A stretch of 61,685 nucleotides of DNA from an uncultured Mycoplasmatota bacterium (GTDB lineage Bacteria; Bacillota_I; Bacilli_A; RF39; UBA660): contig CAMYYH010000001.1 of NCBI GenBank assembly GCA_947303405.1, positions 1-61,685 of the forward strand, given 5' to 3'. How positions within the stretch are numbered: the stretch's first letter is position 1; each line of letters begins with the position of its first letter. Positions 19,397-26,688 of this stretch are shown piece after piece. The position numbers were made by a program, and so were the translations under genes. Under the pieces are notes generated by a model. That model ran no database searches. It worked only from the letters and a program-made list of their open reading frames with translations, and was not told the origin of the DNA.

Positions 19397-19969
19397 CTAT
19401 ACCTTCTTTTTACCCCTCTTTTTATGTTTTTCATTTCTTAGTTGTTCTAACTCATTTCTTTCTTCTTTAGATAGTTTACTATTATCAAAAGTCATCCAAG
19501 TAATCCCACCCATAACTATTATTGCTATTATAACAATTAGAGTTGATGGTTCTTGTAGTACTAGAAAAACATTTCCTAATCCACTAAACTTATATACATA
19601 TAATCCTTCTATTTCTAAACTACTTACCTCTCCAGGATCTTCACTACTGTTATCACCCCTAGTAATAAAATTTCCATTTTCTATTTTAACTATTCTCTGA
19701 GTAACAACATAATTATCATGAGTTCTAAAAGCAATAATATCATTCTTCTTTAAAGTCTCAACATCAACGTTTTTAACTATTGCTAAGTCACCCTTATATA
19801 ATTCTGATTCCATCGATCCCGATAGTACTATGAAAGGTTTATATCCAAACACCGAAGGAACTTTATTCGGACTAGTTTGCGATTGAACAAGTATCCAAGC
19901 AAATATTAATGCTAATAATATAAGAAATGATATAACAATATATTTAATAATATTTAATACCTTTCTCAT
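19397..19969 (-). CDS. sipW: SipW-type signal peptidase paralog with Gln at the conserved His position and a C-terminal TM + Lys-rich tail
   Basis: 190 aa. VLSGSMESEL (Ser box) and ITRGDNSSEDP are conserved. The His box reads VVTQRIVKI (codon CAG at 19697-19699). C-terminal TM plus KEERNELEQLRNEKHKKRGKKKV. Confidence 0.7.
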   Translation of the reverse strand: MRKVLNIIKYIVISFLILLALIFAWILVQSQTSPNKVPSVFGYKPFIVLSGSMESELYKGDLAIVKNVDVETLKKNDIIAFRTHDNYVVTQRIVKIENGNFITRGDNSSEDPGEVSSLEIEGLYVYKFSGLGNVFLVLQEPSTLIVIIAIIVMGGITWMTFDNSKLSKEERNELEQLRNEKHKKRGKKKV

Positions 19970-20090
19970 ACTACTTCCCTTTCATATTATTCCACTCTCT
20001 AAGTGGACTCCTATCATATTTATACTATACCACATTATCACAAAACTAAACATATTTTTTACAGTCTAAAACATCTACTTTACACAATTC

Positions 20091-20113
20091 AAAAAAAGAA
20101 GGATGTAAATCCT
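20091..20113 (-). terminator. weak terminator after the MscS-family gene
   Basis: Minus-strand AGGAT-ttac-ATCCT followed by TCTTTTTTT. The stem is short, so confidence is low. Confidence 0.3.
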
Positions 20114-20909
20114 ACTTATTATGTATATCCAACTGATTATAAGGTATCTCTATACCATTCTCCTCTAATACTAATAATATCTCTTTAATCACATCTCTTC
20201 TACTTTGATTCTTTTTCTCGTTATCTAACAACTCCATACCCATTAGATAATCTATAGATGAGTCATTTAGATTATTAGGTCCTAAATACTTACATTCTTT
20301 AATATTATCTATCTTACTTACCCTATCAATTATTTCTTTTAAGAGATTGTCTACCTTACTTTGCTTCAATTCATAAGATAATGGTAAATTAATATATATA
20401 TTATTTGATACCACTTCTATTTGTTCAATATTTCTATTAGCAATAGATATCACATTACCAGTAGATAAACTCTTTATACTTGTCGTCTTAATACCAAGTA
20501 CTAATACTTTACCCTCTATATCCCCATACCTTACAATATCTCCAACTTTAAAATAAGAATCAGATATAATAGATAATCCTCTGATAATATCTTTTAGAGC
20601 ATCTTGAACAGCTAATACTATTCCAGCTCCAGCTAATCCCAACCCAGCTATCATAGATGTAACATTTATATTATTAGTTTGTAATACTATAATAAAAGTA
20701 ATAATTATAAAAGAATATTTTAATATACTATTAGCTAACTTTACATATGTCTGTCCTCTATTACCATCTACAGCTTTTATATTCTTAGTCTTATTAAGCA
20801 ATAAATTAGATAATATCTTATAAACAATTAAACTAACAACAATTATTATTGCTGACTTTACTAAATTATTACTTAATATTATTCCTATTGTCTCAAATAC
20901 ATCTTTCAT
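20112..20909 (-). CDS. small-conductance mechanosensitive channel (MscS family)
   Basis: 265 aa with three N-terminal TM helices and the MscS beta-domain signature VGDIVRYGDIEGKVLVLGIKTTSIKSLSTGNVISIANRNI. Confidence 0.85.
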   Translation of the reverse strand: MKDVFETIGIILSNNLVKSAIIIVVSLIVYKILSNLLLNKTKNIKAVDGNRGQTYVKLANSILKYSFIIITFIIVLQTNNINVTSMIAGLGLAGAGIVLAVQDALKDIIRGLSIISDSYFKVGDIVRYGDIEGKVLVLGIKTTSIKSLSTGNVISIANRNIEQIEVVSNNIYINLPLSYELKQSKVDNLLKEIIDRVSKIDNIKECKYLGPNNLNDSSIDYLMGMELLDNEKKNQSRRDVIKEILLVLEENGIEIPYNQLDIHNK

Positions 20910-20924
20910 AAATTACCTCTTCCT

Positions 20925-22148
20925 TCAATTATTTAAATATCGTATGTTGATATCTACAGCCGCATTTATACCTTCTATCCTACCATTATCACATATTTGC
21001 CAATACTTATAATCACCTTGATAAGATGTAGAACTATTATAATGAGCTAACCATACTTCTCCATATGTTTTTAACCATACCTTTTCTAAATAATTCTTAC
21101 TACCATAGACAGATCCATTATACCCATGTCCTTCCACTGTTTCCACAAATACTCTAGCCATTTCCGATAAATCAAATAAACTTATATCGAAATAATTATA
21201 ATAAGTCCAATTCTCCCAATCAAATACGATAGGTAAATCTACTTGATAATCCTTTATTTGCTCCATAATCCATAAAGCTTCTTCCTTAGCTTGTTTAGTA
21301 TTCTTAGCAAAAGAGTATATATAAACTCCAACTGGTATTCCAACATCATTAAAACCTTCAATATTACGAACAAACTTTGAATCTAAATAATACTCGCCAT
21401 CTATTCCTTTTTCTCCCCCTACTTTTATAAAAGCAAATTCTACCCCATTATCTTTTAATACTTGATAATCTATCTCTCCTTGATAACCAGATACATCTAT
21501 ACCTATTTGTGTCTTGTCCGTTTTATATTTATTTACTATATCACTATATTTCTGATATACAGAGCCCCTATTATTACTACTATTACTAGGTTCCTTAACC
21601 CTTAATACAAAACTCTTTTCTTCAGTATTTCCACTATTATCTATAGCTTTATATACTAAGTTATAATTACCAACTACTTTAGTATCATATTCTCCTTCTA
21701 TAAAACAATTTAGTTTAGACGTCTCATTATCAGCACACATAATGTCTTTTTCTAAATCCCCGCTATAATTAGTATTAATACTATAACTATCTCCCAACCA
21801 TATAATAGGTTTAACATCATCATATATATTAACTTTAAACTGATAAGGTATCTCAATCCCATCATCATTCATATACTTAAATTTAACTATTTTATTTCCT
21901 ATACTCTTAGTATTAATATACTTATCATCTATTATTTTTCCATTAATACTACTTATCATGTCTGATACTTTTACTTCCTCATTAAAAGGTATACTAAGAT
22001 TATCTACAAGCTTAACTTCTATAACAGCTTCTTTAATTACCTTTTCCTCTTTTAATTCTTTATACTTAGGAATAATAACAAACCATACTAAAAAAACACA
22101 TAATAATATACAAAATACTATAATACTAATTATGACTTTATTCTTCAT
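20925..22148 (-). CDS. membrane-anchored GH25 muramidase (lysozyme) with an N-terminal Ig-like domain
   Basis: 407 aa. N-terminal TM, Ig-like segment, then the GH25 signature IGIDVSGYQGEIDYQVLKDNGVEFAFIKVG. Confidence 0.8.
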   Translation of the reverse strand: MKNKVIISIIVFCILLCVFLVWFVIIPKYKELKEEKVIKEAVIEVKLVDNLSIPFNEEVKVSDMISSINGKIIDDKYINTKSIGNKIVKFKYMNDDGIEIPYQFKVNIYDDVKPIIWLGDSYSINTNYSGDLEKDIMCADNETSKLNCFIEGEYDTKVVGNYNLVYKAIDNSGNTEEKSFVLRVKEPSNSSNNRGSVYQKYSDIVNKYKTDKTQIGIDVSGYQGEIDYQVLKDNGVEFAFIKVGGEKGIDGEYYLDSKFVRNIEGFNDVGIPVGVYIYSFAKNTKQAKEEALWIMEQIKDYQVDLPIVFDWENWTYYNYFDISLFDLSEMARVFVETVEGHGYNGSVYGSKNYLEKVWLKTYGEVWLAHYNSSTSYQGDYKYWQICDNGRIEGINAAVDINIRYLNN

Positions 22149-22157
22149 ATAATTCTC

Positions 22158-22607
22158 CTAGATTAAACTATATTCTATTCCTGTTATAACATCTCTATCT
22201 ACTATAAAAGAAATACTACTACCATTTAATTCATACATATATATATCGTTAATATATATATAGTTATCCCCATATACATATAGCATCTTATCTACATTAT
22301 CCCCTATTCTTATTCCTTCATTAGTATAATACTTATTAGTAGTAAACCAAAAAGATCTTACCTTTTCTTCTTCACCCTCCATATATGTTTCTATCTCTAT
22401 ATCATTATAACTATATACTATATTACTATCATTTTCCTTTATTTCATTATAACTACCTAAAGTAGAATTAAGATAACTAAATAATCTATTAACCTTAATA
22501 TCTACATTATCTACAGTTACATAGTATTCAATTATTTCTCTTTTTTTATTACTACATCCACATACTAATAACAAACTTATAATAAGTATTATTATCTTTC
22601 TATTCAT
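22158..22607 (-). CDS. putative lipoprotein
   Basis: 149 aa. MNRKIIILIISLLLVCGCS carries a lipobox. Overlaps the xth stop. Confidence 0.55.
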   Translation of the reverse strand: MNRKIIILIISLLLVCGCSNKKREIIEYYVTVDNVDIKVNRLFSYLNSTLGSYNEIKENDSNIVYSYNDIEIETYMEGEEEKVRSFWFTTNKYYTNEGIRIGDNVDKMLYVYGDNYIYINDIYMYELNGSSISFIVDRDVITGIEYSLI

Positions 22608-23349
22608 ATCTAATACCTATTGGACAATGATCACTACCCATTATATCCGTATATATCATTGTCTCTTTAATACTATTAATAATACTATTACTTACTAAGA
22701 AATAATCTATTCGCCAACCAACATTATTCTCTCTAGCTTTACCCATATAACTCCACCAAGTATATGTTTCTTTATTAGGATTATAGTATCTATAAGTATC
22801 TATAAAACCAGAAGACAATAATTCAGTCATTTTCTCTCTTTCTTCATCGGTAAATCCCGCATTTCCTCTATTAGCCTTAGCATTTTTAATATCTATTTCT
22901 TCGTGAGCAACATTCATATCCCCACATATTATTACTGGTTTCTTCTTCTCCAATGCTTTAACATAGTTACGGAAATCATCTTCCCATATCATACGATAAT
23001 CTAATCGAGATAAATCTCTTTTAACATTAGGAACGTATACAGCCACCAAATAAAAACCATTATATTCTAAGGTAATAATTCTCCCCTCGTGATCATGTTC
23101 ATCTATATTCATCCCAAAAGTAACATTAAGTGGTTCTATCTTGGAATAAACTAATACTCCACTATATCCTTTCTTCTCAGCCGGATTAAGATACATTCTA
23201 TAACCATCTGGTTCAAAACTAAATTGATCCATAGTTACTTTACTCTCATTAATACAAAAGATATCAGCATCGACCATCTTAAAGAAATCTTCAAACCCTT
23301 TCTTTAAAACGGCTCTAAATCCCGCTACATTCCAAGATATTATTTTCAT
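22600..23349 (-). CDS. xth: exodeoxyribonuclease III
   Basis: 249 aa. MKIISWNVAGFRA..., GDMNVAHEEIDI, and SDHCPI at the C-terminus are the ExoIII/AP-endonuclease fingerprints. Confidence 0.9.
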   Translation of the reverse strand: MKIISWNVAGFRAVLKKGFEDFFKMVDADIFCINESKVTMDQFSFEPDGYRMYLNPAEKKGYSGVLVYSKIEPLNVTFGMNIDEHDHEGRIITLEYNGFYLVAVYVPNVKRDLSRLDYRMIWEDDFRNYVKALEKKKPVIICGDMNVAHEEIDIKNAKANRGNAGFTDEEREKMTELLSSGFIDTYRYYNPNKETYTWWSYMGKARENNVGWRIDYFLVSNSIINSIKETMIYTDIMGSDHCPIGIRYE

Positions 23350-23364
23350 TCATTCACCTTCTAA

Positions 23365-23880
23365 TTATAAATAACTTACAGTTTCCTCAATATCCTTTCT
23401 CTTATCATGAAATATACTATAAGGACAATCATCTTCCCTATAACCAATAGGTAATAAAAGTACTGGTTCTATACAATCTTCTAACTTAAACCTATCTTTA
23501 ACTATATCTCTATCAAATAAATCTATCCAAATATTATCTACTCCTATATTGGTAGCTTCTAGCATCATGTGAGTTCCAACTATCGAACCATCAATTAAAT
23601 ACGTAGAATGATCCTCCCTACTAAAGGCTTCATTTATATCACAGCACACCAATAAAACTGTTTGAGCCCCATATATACATTTAGATGCTTCATTTATATT
23701 TTTTATTGCATCTTCGCTTTGTAATACAAATATTCTTTGTGGTTGAATATTCTTCGCCGTAGGCGCTAATCTACCAGCTTCTAATATTTTATCTAATTTA
23801 TCCTGTTCTACTTTCATATTCTTAAACTTTCTAGTAGATTGTCTATCTCTTATAACTTTTTCAAATTCCATATCCATCAT
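23365..23880 (-). CDS. nitroreductase family protein
   Basis: 171 aa. The IRDRQSTRKF motif and the size fit the NAD(P)H-flavin nitroreductase fold. Confidence 0.75.
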   Translation of the reverse strand: MMDMEFEKVIRDRQSTRKFKNMKVEQDKLDKILEAGRLAPTAKNIQPQRIFVLQSEDAIKNINEASKCIYGAQTVLLVCCDINEAFSREDHSTYLIDGSIVGTHMMLEATNIGVDNIWIDLFDRDIVKDRFKLEDCIEPVLLLPIGYREDDCPYSIFHDKRKDIEETVSYL

Positions 23881-23927
23881 ACCCTTCTCTTATATTATAA
23901 CCTTATATAAAAGATATTTCCACCAAT

Positions 23928-23955
23928 AAAAAAATAAGCTTACAAAGCTTATTTT
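23928..23955 (-). terminator. rho-independent terminator ending the WXG/LXG-like operon
   Basis: Minus-strand AAAATAAGCTT-tgt-AAGCTTATTTT followed by TTTATT. It overlaps the stop of the 230-aa gene. Confidence 0.55.
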
Positions 23956-24629
23956 AGAGTAATAGTTTTCCCTCCACTAGCATATTCTCCACGTTTTACA
24001 TCTGATTCTTGCGTTCCATAAAGTTTAACAAAAGTATCTACTAAGTTTTGAACATATTTTTGAATATCTAATATACCTCCATAAGCTGTTACAAGTAAAA
24101 CTCTAATAGCCTTTAAAACTATTTGAGCAGTACGACTAAGAGTCTCCTCTGCTCCGGGGAACCTCCTATTAAATTCATCAGAAAGTGACTTCATATCTTG
24201 CATTAGAGTTATCCAGAATTCTTTAGATATTTGTTCTCTACTAATACCCATAATTTCCCCGTCATAAAATAAGAATTCAACTATTAAATCCATATAGTCT
24301 CTAACTTTTTGTTTATAACTCTCATATTCTCCATTATTATAGGCATCTTCCATATCTTTTTTTAATGACTGAATATAATCACCAACGGTTTTATCGGCTT
24401 CTTCCACAGGTGTATCCTCACGACCTTCTTCAGAATCCTCTATTACTATTGCTGGTCCAGCAGTAATTCCAACATATGTAATATTCTCATCAACTATATG
24501 ACCAGTTAGATACTCTACAGCCTTTGAATTACTTAATTCAGCACTCGTGTTTGCAGCAATAGTAGCCATCGGCTTGCCCAAAACCAGTGAAGCAGTTAAT
24601 AAATAAGATACTATTCTTTTATTATGCAT
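23949..24629 (-). CDS. secreted helical protein, unknown function (last gene of the WXG/LXG-like operon)
   Basis: Start moved to MHNKRIV (AAGGAG about 10 nt upstream). Signal-peptide-like VSYLLTASLVLGKPMATIAANTSA, followed by an acidic helical sequence. Confidence 0.45.
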   Translation of the reverse strand: MHNKRIVSYLLTASLVLGKPMATIAANTSAELSNSKAVEYLTGHIVDENITYVGITAGPAIVIEDSEEGREDTPVEEADKTVGDYIQSLKKDMEDAYNNGEYESYKQKVRDYMDLIVEFLFYDGEIMGISREQISKEFWITLMQDMKSLSDEFNRRFPGAEETLSRTAQIVLKAIRVLLVTAYGGILDIQKYVQNLVDTFVKLYGTQESDVKRGEYASGGKTITLK

Positions 24630-24693
24630 ATTAACAATCACTCCTTTTTACTAAAAAGTAGTTTATAACAAATAAGATAAAAAGTAAATTTTA

Positions 24694-25449
24694 CTATTTT
24701 TTCTTATTAAATAGGTTAATAATTGATGTGGCCGCATCTATAGCTTCATTACCACTACTAGCAGTAGTTGACACCTTTTGTGGTAAGAATGGATATATTG
24801 AATTAGCTAGCTTTGGTAATGGCATAGTTTGAACTATTACTTTGCCAGGTCCAGTTACAACTGTATTAAATATACCTTCTCCACCAAGAATAATATTCTT
24901 TAATCCTTTTACAGTTTGAACATCCATACTACAAGTTTCACTCATGGACACTAAATAACCAGTACTAAGTATTAATTGTTGTCCTTCTTCTAATTCAAAT
25001 TCCCTATTAGCACCATCTATTTCAATAAAAACAGTACCTTCGCCAGAAATCTTTTGCATGATAAATCCTTCTCCACCAAAAATACCAACACCTATCTTTT
25101 TATTAAAGAATGTAGATAATTCTATAGTACCATAAGATGCTAAAAATGAAGATTTTTGGCAAATTATAGATTTACCTTTTTCTAATTTTATAGCCATTAT
25201 AGAACCGGGTACACAAGTACCAAAAGCTATCTTAGCCCCATCTTCATTAGCCGTATAAATATTTTGAAACAATTTTTCATTAGTAAATAGTCTTCCAACT
25301 ACTTTCCCAATTCCTCCGTTAGTAGTTGTTTCCATAGTAATAGTCGGATCCATATAAGCCATCGAACCACTCTGAGTAGTCATTGATTCTCCTTTTTTTA
25401 AAGTACACTCCACTATAGGAAAGCTTCCCCCAATAATCTCATAATCCAT
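24694..25449 (-). CDS. AIM24 / TIGR00266 (DUF124) family protein
   Basis: Start moved to MDYEIIGGSFPIVECTLKKGESMTTQSGSMAYMD (AGGAGGA RBS). This N-terminus is characteristic of the TIGR00266/AIM24 family. Confidence 0.75.
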   Translation of the reverse strand: MDYEIIGGSFPIVECTLKKGESMTTQSGSMAYMDPTITMETTTNGGIGKVVGRLFTNEKLFQNIYTANEDGAKIAFGTCVPGSIMAIKLEKGKSIICQKSSFLASYGTIELSTFFNKKIGVGIFGGEGFIMQKISGEGTVFIEIDGANREFELEEGQQLILSTGYLVSMSETCSMDVQTVKGLKNIILGGEGIFNTVVTGPGKVIVQTMPLPKLANSIYPFLPQKVSTTASSGNEAIDAATSIINLFNKKK

Positions 25450-25518
25450 ATTCCTTCTCCTCCTAAATATATATATTATTATATCACAACAAAAGATCAA
25501 GTTAACACTTGATCTTCA

Positions 25519-26667
25519 TTATTTGGGATCCCATTGATCTAAACCATATTGTTTAATTATCTCTATTAAATGAGGTGCATATGTCGAAGTAGGACAATAT
25601 CCACATTCTACAACTTTATAACAAGCATCCTCATAATTTTTTGCTTCAATGACTGGTCTATACCAACTCTTAGACAACAATTTGCCATGATCATCTATTG
25701 AATCTGCTAAACTACTATATTCTCTCCATCCTTTATATGAAGCTCCCGTCCAAGCCGTACCGGTTTTAATTCCAAAAAAATTATTATGATTAACACTTAG
25801 ATTACTGGTTCCCCAACCACTTTCAAATATCGCTTGAGATAATGTTAAAGACGGAAGAACACCATAATCCTTATATGCCTTAATAGCTCCAGGTATTACT
25901 GATTCAATAAAGCTTAGATGATGACCAACTAAACCATATGGATTCTTATACTTACTAATAGATGTTCTTTCTTTATCTCTAGCAGCTTTTTCTTCGTGTT
26001 TCTTTGTAACACTCTCTTTTAATGCACTTTGAGCTTTTTTTAGCTTTTCAGCTTCTGCTTTTTCAGCTTTAGTAATCGGATCATTTGTCGTTTTACCATC
26101 TATTTCGTAAGTCTTTTTACCAAACTTACCAGTAATCTCCTTTTTAATTAACTTACCACTTAAATCATAATACTCTTTTACTTTATTACCACTAGAGTCT
26201 ACGTATTGAACCATCTTACCATTTTTAAGATTAGTGGTTTCCGTATATTTAGTCCCGGTCGCAACATCAGTATACTTACTGGTACTCCCAGCATAGCTTT
26301 TAGCGGCAGCTGCCGTACCTAACCAAGTAGTCTTATTCGCATTAGAAATAGTTTTAAAGTTGTCTACATCTAACCCATCTATCTTAGCTAATCCAGTATC
26401 CAATTCAGCATATTCTGACGCTATTGCAGCAACCGTAGAACTCCAATTATCAAATATAGATATAAAGTTTTTTAGAGTACTACTATTTTCATCCCATGTA
26501 GCAAGTATTTTGTTTCCCGCATCACCATATACAGCTTGATCAGGTGAACCCAACCCTTTAGTAATACAAGCATTAACTTTTTCAAGTGATTCAGCTAATG
26601 AAACAAATTCATCTTCTAGCGTCTTTATAGTTGCTTTAACAATGCTTTTATCAAATATCTCTGCCAT
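25519..26667 (-). CDS. peptidoglycan endo-beta-N-acetylglucosaminidase with an LXG/WXG100-like helical N-terminus and no signal peptide
   Basis: 382 aa. C-terminal YGVLPSLTLSQAIFESGWGTSNLSVNHNNFFGIK is the glucosaminidase (FlgJ/Atl-type) signature. The N-terminal roughly 100 aa are helical, with ITKGLGSPDQAVYGDAGNKILATW resembling LXG/WXG100 domains. No hydrophobic leader. Confidence 0.7.
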   Translation of the reverse strand: MAEIFDKSIVKATIKTLEDEFVSLAESLEKVNACITKGLGSPDQAVYGDAGNKILATWDENSSTLKNFISIFDNWSSTVAAIASEYAELDTGLAKIDGLDVDNFKTISNANKTTWLGTAAAAKSYAGSTSKYTDVATGTKYTETTNLKNGKMVQYVDSSGNKVKEYYDLSGKLIKKEITGKFGKKTYEIDGKTTNDPITKAEKAEAEKLKKAQSALKESVTKKHEEKAARDKERTSISKYKNPYGLVGHHLSFIESVIPGAIKAYKDYGVLPSLTLSQAIFESGWGTSNLSVNHNNFFGIKTGTAWTGASYKGWREYSSLADSIDDHGKLLSKSWYRPVIEAKNYEDACYKVVECGYCPTSTYAPHLIEIIKQYGLDQWDPK

Positions 26668-26688
26668 ACTGACATCTTCACCATCTTT

